Assembly: GCA_024137785.1 (NCBI GenBank)
Contig: JAHRHZ010000054.1
Coordinates: 20,082,846 to 20,146,845, forward strand
Source of the DNA: Ginglymostoma cirratum
Taxonomy: Eukaryota
Direction of reading: 5' to 3'
Length of the DNA stretch: 64,000 nucleotides
Below the pieces are notes generated by a model. That model worked only from the letters and a program-made list of their open reading frames with translations. It searched no databases and had not been told where the DNA came from. This document shows, piece after piece, positions 37,951 to 51,595 of the stretch. The number at the start of each line of letters is the position of its first letter. The stretch's first letter is position 1. Position numbers and translations under genes: made by a program.

Positions 37951-39186
37951 GCTATTGTCATAATATAGGCAAAAATACTGCATCAATGTGCAGCTAGCAG
38001 CTGAAGATAGCTAATAAGTTAGAACATAGAACATAAAGATGCCAGAGAGCCACTACGAAACAGAGCAATAAATACAGAAAACAAGAAAATATGTTTTAAA
38101 AGTTAGAGCACAATTGATATTGTATGCAGTTCAAATTTCTCTAAAATTCCAAAAGATTTCAATTAAAATCATTTAGGAAGGAAATAATTTATGTTTGATC
38201 ATAGTGACTTATTCTACAATGATACTTCAGAACTGAAAATTATCAGAAGAAGGTCTTTTCGATGAAAATTGCAGAGTCTGGTGAATTAAAACAGTGCCAT
38301 GGAGTGTTATTTGATACTTTAGAATTGGTACTGCATGACTCATAAGACCAAGGAGTACAAAGTGAAAGCAATATTTAAATAATACACATTATTACAAACT
38401 TATGTCCCATTTCAGAAACACAAAGGTCAAATTTTGCTGGAGACCCATGAGTTAGATTTGCTTGCACATTTCATTTTTAAAAGCTGTTGCCCATGATGGG
38501 TTGCTGGAGGTGTGAGCTGATCGGAGCCCCGCGAGGGCAACAGGGCACTTGAATCTTAGTGAATGGTGGGACAAATAGTGTAATGCCTTAAGCAATGAGA
38601 TAAAAAATATGATAAATAAGTAAAGGAAAGACCAAGAAAGAGGGTCAACTCAATGTCATAGCAAGTGCAGAAAGACAATTGAAGAGAAAACAAGAAAAGT
38701 AAAATGGATTAAAAGAGTGCAAAGAAACCAAAAAGAAAAGAATGCCACTTTTAAAATCTATTAACATCTTTCACAACCCAAAGAAGTGAAAATCCTTTCC
38801 TAAATACTTGCTTTCTGAGATTACCGGCATTGATCAATATTTTGTTTTGCCTTGTTTAAAAAGTACCTACGCTACTAATCACTAGACTTAATTTTGGTGG
38901 AAAGTTTAAGGCTTTGAAAGTTCTCACTTTTTCTGAGCTACTTTGGCTCCTCACTACTTCCTATTTGATTACAAGTTAACTTAGGAAAGTTAAACAAAAT
39001 GCCTAGTGCTTAACAATCTAAGTACTCTTTCACTCTTCCAAACTTGAATCCATTTTGTTAAGGTCCCACCTGATGTTATTTACTGAGCAAGTCAGATGCC
39101 AGACTGAAATCAGGATTGACAGATCAGGTTTTGTTTTGTTTTAATGAGGTAGTCTCACGAAAACATAAATATACAATGTTGCAGAA

Positions 39187-39531
39187 AGGGGACGTGATGG
39201 CCTAGTGATATTATCATTAGACTGTCAAACCAGAAACCCAGGTGATGTTCTGGGGACTTGGGTTTGAATCCTGCCTTGGCAGATGGTGAAATTTGAATTC
39301 AATAAATAACTGGAATTAAGTGTCTCAAGATGATCACGAATCCAATATTGATATTTGGGGAAAAATCCATCTGGTTCACTAATGCCCATTAGGAAGGAAA
39401 CTGCCATCCTTACCTGTTCTGGTCTACATGTGACTGCAGACCCACAGACTCTTAACTACCATCTGGGCAACTAGGGATGGACAATAAATGCTGGCCTAGC
39501 CAGCGATGTTCTCATCTTGTGAATAAAAAAA
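39187..39531 (+). mobile_element. tRNA-SINE family 2
   Basis: Same head, body and tail as 28107-28460. Confidence 0.9.
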
Positions 39532-39592
39532 ATTGGTTTTAACAACAAACAGAAACTTATTACCCAAAAGAAGTGAAGATAAAATAGAATAA

Positions 39593-40150
39593 ACAAGATT
39601 CCGCATGGTAGACTGATTAGTAAGGTTAGAACACTTAGGATCCAGAGCAAACTGCGCAATTAGATACTAAATTGGCTTGAAGATAGGAGAAATAGGGTGG
39701 TGGTAGAAGGTCGTTTTTCGGACTGGAGGCCTGTGACCAGCAGTGTGCCACAAGGATTGGTGTTGGGTCCACTGCTTTTCGTCATTTATATAAATGATTT
39801 GGGCGTGAATATAGGAGGAATGTTTTGTGAATTTGCAGATAACATCAAAATAGGTGGTGTAATGGGCGGTGAAGAAGATTATCTCAGAGTACAATAGGAC
39901 CTTGGTCAGACGGGCCAATGGGCTGAGAAATAGCAGATGGAGTTTAATTTGGATAAATATAAGATGTTGCTACCAGAGGAAGTGGTGGAGGCAGTACAAC
40001 ATTTAAAAGGCATTTGGAATGGCACAGGAATAGGAAGGGACATGGGTCAAATGCTGGCAAATGGGACTAGGTCAGATTGCGATGTCTGGTCAGAGCAGAT
40101 GAGTTGGACAGAAAAGTTTGTTTCCTTGCTGTATGACTCTATGACTCTAT
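39593..40150 (+). mobile_element. CR1 fragment with an internal deletion
   Basis: [23 protein letters not shown]...FADNIKIGG, then jumps to the 3' end near 39965. Confidence 0.92.
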
Positions 40151-41305
40151 AATAAATATTATTTACATATCACATAAACCTAAGGAATTTAAATTGTACG
40201 TTAAAAGTATAATCCCATTAATCTAAAAACACGCCTTTGGTAATCCTAAAAATACTCCTCTTCAGATCTTGAAAGGACCCCTTGTATTAATACTCACACC
40301 TAAGAATCCCTTTCTCTAATACCTCAATATGTTTAACTTAACTGTGATTTCAAAATCTCAGTCTGGAAAATTTGTTAACATATTCCTAGAGTTTTCATAG
40401 ACCTGAATTTAAAATTCTCAGCTTAAAAGAACCTCTTCACGGTTTTATGCATACGCTTTCAGTCCAGGTTTATCACTAAACGCCTTACTCTATGTTAATC
40501 TAGTGTTAACAAATTTAACTATCTTTGTCCTTTCTTAGGAGTACCACTTTCTGCTTTCATCTAAGTACTTCTGAAGAACTGCCCAAAACTATAACTAAAA
40601 CTGAAATCTCTCGCTCTCTCTCTCTAAGCCAAGTTTAACAAAACAGACTTGAGAATTTTCTAACAGAAACCTTGATACACAATTGTTTACCTTGTTTGAT
40701 CATAGACTCCTTTAACATACTCAAAAACAAAAGTTAGTTCTGAAGCTACATTCCTCGCACTGTTTTAAAAGGAATTTCAATTGCTACAGAAATACCTAAA
40801 AGTTGATCATTAAACTTTTCAGACACACAGGAAAACCTGTTTGTCACTAATTCAAAATGCAAAAATCCAAACTAAAAATAAATTATAATTTTGTATATAT
40901 GTGTATATTAATTATGCAGTTTACTTCACAATATGATCGAAGACGAGATTCAAACGTCTGATCTCCCAATGAAACTGAAATTGAATCCGAATTGGGGACT
41001 TCACAAAATTAATATGAGCAAAATAAACTAATTAAGAAAATAATGGCATGGAAGGGCGACAAATACGCCCAGGACCAAATAGATGAGAGCATTGCAGGCA
41101 CTTTAATTGTAATATTACAAAGTTCTCTCAGTTTGGTATCAAGTTCCTCTCGATTAAAATAAATTGCTTTTATCACTCTGCCATTTAATTGAGAGAGGAA
41201 AGACAGGGGTTATAGATTGGTAAACCTAACATTTGTTCTTTGGAAAGTACTAGAATTTATCTTTAAGTGTTATAGTTAAAGAAAGCATCCAGCATGGTAA
41301 AGGAT

Positions 41306-41515
41306 GAGATAGCAAGAATTGCAGATGTTGGAGTCAGAGTCAATATAGTGTGGAGCTGAAGCAACACAGCAGGTCAGGCAGCATCAGAGGAACAGGAAAG
41401 TTAATGTTTTGAGTCGGGAACCGAATGAAGTTCTGATGAAGTGTCCTGACCTGAAACGTCGACTTTCCTGCTCCTCTGATGCTGCCTGACCTGTTGTGTT
41501 CCTTTAGCTCCACAC
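41306..41515. mobile_element. Hammerhead-bearing mini-element (B-like) with inverted arms
   Basis: gaagtt-CTGATGA-agtgtcctgacct-GAAAC-GTC-gacttt (41427-41466) with a 6-bp stem I. Degenerate TSD catggtaaaggatga / cgtggtaaggcatga. Confidence 0.85.
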
Positions 41516-41585
41516 CGTGGTAAGGCATGACTCTGATGAACCTGATCAAGCTTTTCGAAGATTGAAAGAAAGTAATGGACAAGTA

Positions 41586-41900
41586 AATCATAGAATTCCT
41601 ACAGTGTGTAAGCAGGCCATTCAGCCTATCAGGTCCACACTGACCCTCTGAAGAGCAACCTACTCTATTCCTGTAACCCTGCATTTCCCATGTCTAGTCA
41701 ACCTAACCTGCATATCCCTGGACAATTTAGCATGGCCAATCCACCTAGCCTGTACATTTTCGGACTATGGGAGGACCCAGAGGAAACCCACGCAGACGTA
41801 GGTTGAATGTGAAAAATACATAGAGACAGTTGCCTGTGGATAGAATCAAACCTGGCTGCCTAGTGCTGTGAGGCAGCAGTGGGGACTACTGAGCTTCCAT
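41586..41900 (-). mobile_element. HE1/V-SINE
   Basis: Reverse tRNA head, V domain and CR1-like tail. Confidence 0.88.
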
Positions 41901-41974
41901 GATGATCTAGTGGTATTATCAGTGGGCAATTAGTCCAGAAATTTAGCTAATGCTCTGGACACCTTGGGCAGTAA

Positions 41975-42208
41975 TAGATGGGAGCACCACCAACCCTCTC
42001 CAAGCCACTCACCTTCTAGACTGGAAATTTATCACCGCTCCTTCACTGTCGCCAGGTCAAAAGTCTGGAATTCCGTCCTTAACTACATTATGGGTCTACC
42101 TACAGCACATGGACTGCAGCTGTTCAAGAAGGCGCCACATTCTCCAGGGCAATTAGGAATGCTGGCTCAGCCAGCCATGCTCATGTCCCATAGGTGATTA
42201 AAAAAAAA
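41975..42208 (+). mobile_element. 3' end of the second non-LTR family
   Basis: ggactgcagctgttcaagaaggcg...gggcaattagg...gctggctcagccagcc followed by an A-tract. Confidence 0.8.
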
Positions 42209-42870
42209 TTGAAAACCTGCTTAGGAATTATTGTTAAGAGATTGGAAGTTGGCCATTACTCCAGTTTTCAGGCTGTGAATAGTGGTGTTCTGCAAGGATC
42301 TGTCTTGGAACCTCATCTATTCATTTTATTAATGACTAAAGGTCAGAAGATAGAAAATCATGTATCCAGACTTCTCATGACAAAGATGGGTGTCATTGTA
42401 ACTATTGTAAATGACAGAATGAAATTACAGAGATAATGGCAGATTAAAACGACAAAACTGTAGCCAATGGATTTCATTGTAGAAAAATATAAAGTCCTCC
42501 ACGTTGAAACTTAAATAAATAAACCAGGGAACATTCAAAACAGTGAAAAGTTGGCAACAGTAAAGATTTAAAGAGACTCGGTACATCGATAAATGGTTCA
42601 TTAAAATGACATGAACTGATATGCACAATAATTAAAAGAGAAAAGTTAAATGTTGCTTTTATACCTAGAGATGGAAAATACAGGGATGTAGAAGTCATAT
42701 TTCCCCTGTGCAAAATCCTGGTTAGATCACACCTGCAGTACCGCAAACATTTCTGGCCACTACATCTTCAGAATGATGTGTTTCCCTTGAACAGAATGCT
42801 GTGTAGACTTGTCAGAATGATATCTTGGTACTACTTATTAATTTAAGAGAATAGATTACATAAACTAGGA

Positions 42871-43051
42871 GCAAAAGTAGAAATATCTCAGCAGGTCTGT
42901 CAGCATCTGTGGAGAGAAATCAGAATTAAAATTTTAGGTTCTGTGATCCCTCTTCAGGAGGACTCCAAATGTTGACTCTGATTTGTCTCCAAAAATGCTG
43001 CCTAACCCTACTGAATCTTTTCTGTTTTTGTTTCTAATTTCCAGCATCTGC
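42871..43051. mobile_element. Decayed subfamily-A mini-element with inverted arms
   Basis: cagcaggtctgtcagcatctgtggagagaaatcag versus ctgatttgtctccaaaaatgctgcc. cataaac flanks both sides. Confidence 0.75.
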
Positions 43052-43350
43052 AGTTCTTATGCTTTTTTTTTGCATAAACCAGTGTTGTATTCCCTGAAGT
43101 TTAGGTTGCGAAGTGGATGTTTGGTCAAAGTTGACAAGGTATTAAGGGAACAGATGGATAACGTGAAGAGCAGTTATTTCTGTGGGTTGGGGAATCTGGG
43201 TCCAGGAGACATATTTGAAAAGTTAAAGCCAGCAATCCGCCAATATTTTCTTTCTTATGTACCGTCCTATACCGTTAAGTGTTTAACCCTTATCCCATAG
43301 TGCTTATTTCCCTTTCCTAAACATATAATTTGTATTAACCTATATTCAAA

Positions 43351-43840
43351 GGGGGAGGTGATGGCCTAGCGGTATTACCCCTGGACTGTTAATCCAGAGA
43401 TAATGTTCTTGGGACCTGAGTTTGAATCCCGCCATGGCAGATGATGGAATTTGAATTCAATAAATATCTAGAATTAAGACTTTAATGATGCCATGAATCC
43501 ATTGTCGATTGTCAGGAAAAACCCATCTGATTCACTAATGCCCTTTAGAGAAGGAAACTGCCATCCTTACCTGAGATAAAAGGTACTGCAGATGCTGGAG
43601 AATCCGAGATAACAAGCATGGGGCTGGATGAACACAGCAGGTCAAGCAGCATCATAGGAGCAGGAAAACTTGACGTTTCGGGCCTAAACCCTTCATCAGA
43701 AATGCCATCCTTACCTGGTCTGGCCTACATGTGACTCCAGGCCCACAGCAATATGGTTGACTCTTAACTGTCCTATGGGCAATAAATGCTGACCTAGCCA
43801 GCAATGCCCTCATCCCGTGAATGAATAAAGGAAAAAAAAA
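43351..43840 (+). mobile_element. tRNA-SINE family 2 interrupted by a mini-element
   Basis: SINE body is continuous once 43574-43717 is removed. Confidence 0.92.
43574..43702 (-). mobile_element. Hammerhead-bearing mini-element subfamily B (129 bp)
   Basis: Perfect 15-bp TSD tgccatccttacctg (43559-43573 and 43703-43717). Reverse strand reads CTGATGAAGGGTTTAGGCCCGAAACGTC. Confidence 0.92.
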
Positions 43841-44101
43841 TTTATTTGTCATTCATTGATGTACTTATTCAGGGTTATTTGCATTGTGTTTACTGGTCAC
43901 CAATGATTTAAACATTCACCTCCTCCATATGTTGCTGACTGGAACCGTATTAGACTGTTCTGTACATGGCCCAGCCTTCTGGAGGTTGGTTGAAATTGCT
44001 GCTCTATCAGTCCTGCTCTTCAATTCACAAAAAAGGCATTTGTTGTGACACAATTGAGATGTTTCCTTTGCCTCTACCCAGCAAGCACCTTGAAATTATT
44101 A

Positions 44102-44218
44102 GAGATAAAAGGTACTGCAGATGCTGGAGAATCCGAGTTAACAAGGCGTGGGGCTGGATGACCACAGCAGGCCAAGCAGCATCATAGGAGCAGGAAAACT
44201 TGACGTTTCAGGCCTAGA
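44102..44218 (-). mobile_element. Mini-element subfamily B, truncated in stem II
   Basis: 15-bp TSD accttgaaattatta / accttgaaactatta (44087-44101 and 44219-44233). Confidence 0.9.
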
Positions 44219-44425
44219 ACCTTGAAACTATTACCAGTTTAACATTATTGGAACCACCCTGTTGGTATACCTGCTGTTGAGAATTTAAATTGCAAACAGG
44301 TATATAAAAACTAGATTCCAACTGCCTTGTGATACGATGCATTTATTCTGCCAACAAATTCTCTATTTTATTTCTGGCTTTAAAGCAAATAATAAAATGT
44401 TAGGAAAATGTTTAGCCTCTGGTGA

Positions 44426-45513
44426 ATATAGGTCTAAAAAGGGAGGACAATTTCAGGCCCCTCTCTCCTTAGCACCTTCGCGCTGTACATCATTCTCACT
44501 TAGACAGTAAAAAGAAATTCAAACCATAGTTCAACTGATTTCTCTGACAGGTGCTAATCAGCAAAGCACAGCTGCAATCCCATCAAAAATGCTTTCTGGT
44601 TACAATAAGTATTAGGTATCGGTGGTGAGATTTTATCAAAGGCTGTAGCTCAGTCAGAATCATTAGAAGTTTCAGAAAATGTAAGCTTTCTCTCTGTCCT
44701 AATGTCATGACCTTACATTCTTGTTTATATTATTCTGTAGCTTCTAATCTGAAGCTCAGCAGTTATTTAATCACTTTTAGACCACACAGGCCAAACAGAT
44801 CCTGCAACACGCTGAGCAAGGGTTCAAATTTACTTGGGAAAAAAAAGGGTGACTGTGACCTGAAGGGTATCATCAGGTATCCCACTTTCATTGAATTCGA
44901 AGATAGATCAAAGACTCCTGAAACATGGCAAACAAAGGTTTCTGAAATTTAAGTGTAATGTACACAAATGTAGCAATTAAAGCAGATAGACGTCGGAATG
45001 TTTTCCAAGTGGGTTGGACATAGTCTAAGAGTTTTTTACAACATGACCTCTTCCCTCCAGCCCTACCATCCAGTCAAACATTTTTCCCACCCTCCATTTG
45101 CAATAATTTTGTAATAAGATTAGTGTTCAAAAGGATTATTGGAAATTAATTGAATTCTTGAGAGAATCCCAGTCAATCATCGAGGCTTGAAAGCTCTAGC
45201 ATGTTTTAGCACACTGCCCCAAATGGCAATTTATGATGTTCATTGGAGGATTTTGAATTTTGATGAGTTGAAAGTTTGGTTTATAGGTCTAAAAGGGGAC
45301 AGCAATTTCAGGCCTCTCTCTCTCCTTAACACTTACCCACTGCATGTCAAGAATAGTGTTCAAAAATATTATTGGAAATTAACTAAAATCTTGAGAGACT
45401 CCCAGTCGATCTTAGAGGCTTGTAAGTTCTAGCATGTTCTAACACACTGCCTCAAATGGCAATTTGTGATGTCCATTGGAGGATTTGGAATTTTCATGAG
45501 TGAAAGTTTGGTT
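44426..45513 (+). repeat. Complex direct duplication A...B-A'-B'
   Basis: A 44426-44492 matches A' 45282-45349; B 45117-45281 matches B' 45350-45513. Confidence 0.9.
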
Positions 45514-45829
45514 CCATCTCTGACATTACTTATTCCACAGTCCCAAAAATTCCATTGTATGATCACTGCCAAAGCTCCACTTCTCAAGCCCTGTGGATAT
45601 TCCATTCTCCACTATTCCAGGGATGTACATCTCGATTTGTGAAAATAACTTTGACTCACAAGGTCACTTCCCCGACCTGAACATACTTTCCCAGCTCCTG
45701 GTATACCTTATCACTTTATGTTTTAGCTTGGGAGAATGCTGGACCCAGTTTCTAAGTGTTGCTGCAGAGAGTCACTGCTGAAGTCTTGCAACTGGAGAGA
45801 CTGTTTGTCTGGACAGAGAAACATACACT

Positions 45830-46150
45830 TTTTAAGAATTCATTCATGGGTTGTGGGCATCTCTGACTGGGCTGGCATTCATTTTCCATCCCTAATTGCC
45901 CAGAGAATCAACTACATTGCTATAATTGAATCAGTCACATGTAGGCCAGATCGGATAAGGACAGCAGATTTCCTTCCTTAAGGTGCTTTAGTGAACAAGA
46001 TGGGTTTTTAAACAATAATTGCCATTAGGCTCATATTTTTATTGAATTTAACTATAACCATCTTCACACAGTGGCATTTGAACCCCTGTCCCCATAACAT
46101 GAGCCTGGAGTTTCTGGATTACTAGTCCAGTGATATTGCCACTACACCAA
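45830..46150 (-). mobile_element. tRNA-SINE family 2, decayed
   Basis: gtcacatgtaggccagatcggataagg...gatttccttcc on the plus strand. Confidence 0.8.
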
Positions 46151-46319
46151 CATTCCTCCCAGATTTGGCTCTCAGTCTTGCATTGCCGCTAGCCAGTGGT
46201 ATAGGCTGAAAATGAAAAGCAAGCTAGGGCACAGAAATGGGAAGCTTGGTAACTCACTTCACCCACACTATTGATGCATTGCATCTATCTGATGGACACA
46301 ATTGATATGAAACTAGTAT

Positions 46320-46740
46320 AAATGATAGAGGCTTAAATGATACGGATAGGTTGCATTTTCGAGGCTTGTATTCGGTAGAGGATTGTGGATTTAAAATATC
46401 CTAACTGAAGTGTTTAAGATGATTAAAGGATTTGTAGTGTAAATAGGTGGAAACTTGGTCACAGGCGTCAAGAACAAGGGGATATAGCAAAATCAAAGTT
46501 AGGATATTTAAGTGACACTAAGAAACATCTTCACTCAAAGGGTAATAGAAATCTGGAATGTGAAAGCTGTTTAGGATGGACCAATTAAAAATCTCAAAAT
46601 CAAGACCTTCATCTGGCAATGATTAATAGTCATTGTAGGCAGATGCAGTTAAGATATTGATCGGGCATGGTCTAATCAAATGCTGGAATAGAGCCGAGGG
46701 TCTGAATGGCCTACTCCTGTTCCAATGTTGCTATGTTTGA
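46320..46740 (+). mobile_element. Old CR1 3' fragment
   Basis: Tail gggtctgaatggcctactcctgttcc. Confidence 0.75.
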
Positions 46741-46880
46741 ACTTCTATTGGTTCAGATCTAACTTGTGTCCGATCCCAAGTCATTTGGTAGGAGATCTTA
46801 ATCTATCTGACAGATAGTTCTACAGATTATCCAGCAATTTCAATTCAGTCAAGGTAGAAATGTGGGAGTTAGGAAATCAG

Positions 46881-47340
46881 AGGCACAATTTTTCTGATGT
46901 TGGGATTTCCCTCCCAACCATCTGAAGAGTTAGCAGCCAATGCATCTCCGTTAATATTGTAGCCCTTTTACACAATTTTGATTGGATGGAATTGGGACAT
47001 TTGCCCCTGGCAACTGGAACATCTGTGAGGACAGAGGTTTGGGTACTTTGCCTAAAGTGGAAAGGAGCCAATTGGTTGAAGGGAGTCTCCCCTCTCTTTC
47101 CATGTGAGGCTTTATCACAGAATGACCTTCTGGGTCTCCTTCCTGCTCATGATCGCCTCCTGTCCACTGGAAAATTGAAGCTGGGAGGGAAATGGTGGGC
47201 AATGCATATCTGCATAAGGATCTGCAACCCAGGCTTGTAAAATTGTGAACAAGAATAGAGGGTAGTGGGCAGATCAATTGTGGAATTTTACAACACACCC
47301 CCGTCATTCCAAACTTTATTTCTGATGTGAAATTCTGCCC
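46881..47340. mobile_element. Possible non-autonomous DNA element (MITE-like)
   Basis: Ends aggcacaatttt / gaaattctgccc form a weak inverted match (9/12) around a more GC-rich interior. Confidence 0.35.
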
Positions 47341-47619
47341 AAGGAGTTGAGTTGCTTTTGTCAGATACTTGCTGGATTAGTGCAGTGAGAGATCTTGCAG
47401 CAGGGGTTTTGAATGAGGCCTACACATATCAGTAATACAAAACTCACTGTTTGTTCCAACATTTTCAGATGTTTAATGATCTTTATCAGAAACTCCTAGA
47501 GATCACAGTTCTAATTTGCACATCAATCAAAAAGAACAAGCTTTGGCTTGCTTCAGATAGTGATTTCAACACGGAAGGCTACATGTGAAGTTTACATTTC
47601 AGTGTAAAACAAAATGGAA

Positions 47620-48580
47620 AGAAGGAGTATTGTTTCAATGGTGATATTTTGGGAACTGAGGATATACGAAGGAATCTGGGTGTCTTTGTACACCAGTCAA
47701 CGAAAATAGACAGGCAGGTGCAGCAAGCAATTAAGCAGGTGAATGGTTTATTAGCTTTCTTTGCGAGAGGATTTGAGTTCAGAAGTAAAATGTCTCGCTA
47801 CAGTTATACAGGGCCTTAATGAGACCACACCTGAGATACTGTGTGCAGATTTGGTTTCCATACTAAAAAAGTGTACACTTGCCACAGTAGAATTGTAATG
47901 GGATCGTAAGACCATCTTGTGACGAGAGAATGGTTTGTCTGGGCCTGTATTCACTAGAGTTTAGAGGAATAAAAGTGGATCTGATTGAAACATATAAAAT
48001 TCTAACAAGGCTGGACCAACTGAATGAAGGCGGATGTTTTCCCAGTTGGGAAGTCTAGAACTAGCAGACACAGTCTCAGGATATTTAGGGCTGCAATGAG
48101 GGAATACTTCTTCACTCAAAGTATCGTGAACCTGCAGAATTCTTGTGGAGGGCAACTTACAGAATATATTGAAGAAAGGAATAGGTAAAGTTATAGATAT
48201 TAAAGGCATCAAGGAGTTGGGGATAAAGTCGATAATTAGGCTTTAAGGTAGAGGATCACTTTGAATAGCAGGGCATGCTCAAAGAGCTGAATGGTCTGCT
48301 CCTGCTCCGATTTTCAATGTTTCTTTGTTTGTCCTTAAGACTCAGAAATGACTCAATCCAATTAAGTCACCATGGGATGTAATATTATCTCTTTTTTTGA
48401 ACTGGAATGCAAAATGAGGTTTCTGAGTATTTAATTTTAAGCATTGTAAGCATAAAGGGATCAAGGGTTAGGGCAGAAGGTAGGAGAAGAGATTAGAGAA
48501 ATATATCAGCCATAATCGAACTGTGGAACAGAGTTGATGGACTGAATGGTCTAACTTTGCTTCTGTATCTTATGGTCTTA
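47620..48580 (+). mobile_element. CR1 3' fragments
   Basis: ttatacagggccttaatgagaccacacctg (LYRALMRPHL) and two CR1 tails. Confidence 0.85.
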
Positions 48581-48784
48581 TGTACAGAAGAGAAGGACTA
48601 GACTGCCGTTTCGGCAAAAGTACTGTTGAAGGTGCAGTCTCACTATTGTTTTGCTGTGAAAATAAAGCAGGCACCATGAGTCTTCAGCCTCCTGCTCCAA
48701 CCTCTTTTCCCCATTGAAAGCAGGCAGCAAGATTGGAGTTTTTCATTGGCACTGCAGGTTTCTCCAAAGCTCAGACTATCACTG

Positions 48785-49032
48785 AATTCAATTAAAATCT
48801 GGAATTTAGAGTATAATGACAGCCATGAATTCATTGTTGATTGTCAGGGAAAAAAAAAACACCACCTGGTTCACAAATGTCCTTTAGGGAAAGAAACTAC
48901 AATCCTTACCTACATGTAACTCCAGACCCACAGCAATGTGGTTGACTTTTAACTGTGTTCTGGGCAGTTGGGAAGGGCAATTAATACCGTCTTAGGCATT
49001 GAATCCTCATCCCGTGAATGAATTAAAAAAAA
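48785..49032 (+). mobile_element. tRNA-SINE family 2, 5'-truncated
   Basis: Body and tail match 28107-28460. Confidence 0.85.
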
Positions 49033-49565
49033 TCAGTTGAACTCCAATTACTGACAGGGAGAATTTTCAGGTAGCCTCGGATTGCAGGGCCTACATATCA
49101 AGTACCTACCCTAACATAAAGATGGCCTTGTACTTATGCACAATAAAAGGGGCAAAGAATTTACTTTGTCTGAGAAAGGCATGAGCTAATCTGGCACAGA
49201 CAGTTTGGATTTGTAGAGATGGGGCAAGCAACTGAATGGAATTTGTTTTCCAAGAGTGTGAATATTTATGAAAGGAATGGGTGGATGGGTTATTAAATTA
49301 AAACACTAAGTTTTCACTTCTGGGACCCAGATATATTCAAAAATAAAATTAAAGTTTTTGGGTCCTATCACAGAAATGTCCGAATTGAAGAGGGAGATTG
49401 GTGTTTGGAATTCTGACCCTCAGCGATTGGCACAGGCTGGGCCAATGAACTCTTTTGAAAGTAAATGAGATAGATTTTTAGTTGATATGAGCATAAAAAT
49501 TATGGAGGGCAGACAACCACATCTGAAGACTCAAGGGGCCAAATATTCTACTTTTGCGCTCCTAT

Positions 49566-49656
49566 GGAGTTCTGAGGAAGGGTCACCGGACCCGAAACGT
49601 TAACTCTTGATTTCTCTTCTCAGAATCTTCCAGACCTGCTGGGCTTTTCCAGCAAC
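49566..49656 (+). mobile_element. Hammerhead-bearing mini-element, subfamily A
   Basis: ggagtt-CTGAGGA-A-GGGTCaccgGACCC-GAAAC-GTT-aactct, giving a 6-bp stem I. Confidence 0.87.
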
Positions 49657-51269
49657 ATTGGATGCAAAATTGGTTTAGTGGCTGGAAGCAGAGTGTAAAG
49701 GTCAAAGGGTGCTTTTGTGACTGGAAGCCTATATTAGGTGGTATTTGGTTGTGGTTATTTGGAACTAACAGCTGAAAGGAACCCTGAAGGCATTTCAGAA
49801 CCATTTAGATGATCATGTAGAAGGCTATGGGCAAGGTGCTGGAAAATTGGATTAGAGTAGGTGGATTTTAATGACTGGTACATCCATAATGGGCCAAAGG
49901 ACCTCCTTCCATCTTGTAGAAACTCTATGACTCTCTGTATGATTACATGAACCCCTTAGGTGCTTAATGTGAAACCAGACTACAAAACAGCTTGTGATAT
50001 GTGGCACAAGGCTGAAGTGATTGCTAAGTTGGAATAAGAATTAGCCTGTTAACTATTTCAACCTATTCCATTGCAGCAGGAGATCGAAAACATGAGGACA
50101 GCACTTTGTTCAGAACTGAGCTGATAGAACAACTTATTTAAGAGCAATTAATGGTGATCCTGTGCCACATACTCCACAGCATTCCATCCCTTAACAAGTA
50201 TAAAAATCACAAACTTTCCCATCTAGATGGAGTTGTAAAATTTACAGTTCTGAAAAAGGCCCGGTGTAAACTATAGTTACCGACTAAATTTCAAATAATG
50301 TCCTTAAAATGAACAAGCTTGTACTGGGGAAACAATTTCAAAATCAGAGATAGTGAACACAGGAATGTTCTGTGTAAAGAGCCTTAAACTGATTGGCAAT
50401 TGGAAGTATATCAAACAGAGTTTATTCCAAAAGTGGTTTCCTTGATGAAATTGGTATTTTATTCGATGGGTTTTTTTTCCATTTGAGATCTAAGTGTATT
50501 AATTCTTTTCACTGGATCAGGGCCTTGAATACAGAGTAGATTACAGATAAGTAGCGCGTTAAATCTCACAAAGGTTGGCTGAGATCACAACATTTATAAA
50601 ACCTGGAATAAACCCAAGGTTCCATAAAAATCACCCAGAAACACATGCAGTTACTTATAGTGGATGTAGAGTTAAGATAAACTAACATCCTGTAATAATT
50701 TACTTTATTTATGCTGAAGATAGATAACTAGGATAAGCTATCCTCCAAGTATATCTTGTTTACACCAACACCATAGGGAACAGTTAGCAAGGGTTCATGG
50801 AGGAAGTCTTGGTTAAAGCACCGGAGTTGAATCTGAATAAATCCCTCCACTCTGGGGAATGAATTCAATTTGATCACACTGATCCAAAGTGAGGTCAATC
50901 TGCTTATCGTTTACATATTCCTAAGGCTTATCCAGGGCAAGCAATGATCGGTGAAAAGTTGAGGAAGAGGATTCTACTCAGTAGGAATTTAGACTGTTTC
51001 TTTTCCACCAGCCTTTTACTTGAATGAATTTAATTCAATTTTAATTTCAAGGGATTAAGCCGTAACCCAAACTAACATTGAAATGGTGTACCTTGATCTT
51101 TGTAGGTCTATTATTGTGATGGATCAAATTGTATGAAAATCTTGTGGTGCAGATGTAGTGTCCCTATCTTTGGGCCAACGGGCCTTTTTCAAGTTCCACC
51201 TATTTCAGAGGTGTGTACCCTATCTGGACAGGTTGATTTTTTTATTTTAGAAAGGACTGGCTTCTGAAA

Positions 51270-51595
51270 ATTCTGAATAGTTAATTCTTCCATGGTGCAT
51301 ACTGCAAATATGGGACCAACATCCTTGCAGGTGGTGGGTTTTCTCGTGCTGTTGAGAGGAATTGAAACTAGTTCAGCAGGGGACTGGGGCACAGACTGTC
51401 AGTACCATAGAGAAACAGCAGAAATTGTTACAGGAACCAAGGGAGTTCAGCCATATTGAGTTTCAGAGAAGTAAGGCAAGGCTGAATGGTCTCTACTTTA
51501 ATGTTAGGAGCACTATAAGGAAGACGGTTGCATTAAGGGTGCAGAGTGACATGTGAAATTATAATGTTGCCATGACAGAGAATGTGGTTGAGGGA
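51270..51595 (+). mobile_element. CR1 fragment at the ORF1/endonuclease start
   Basis: LNGLYFNVRSTIRK resembles the LYxNARS endonuclease start motif. Confidence 0.7.

Larger units (their letters stand above)
41050..43230 (+). mobile_element. Old CR1 fragmented by several nested insertions
   Basis: VNSGVLQGSVLEPHLF and VRSHLQY segments separated by younger elements. Confidence 0.75.
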
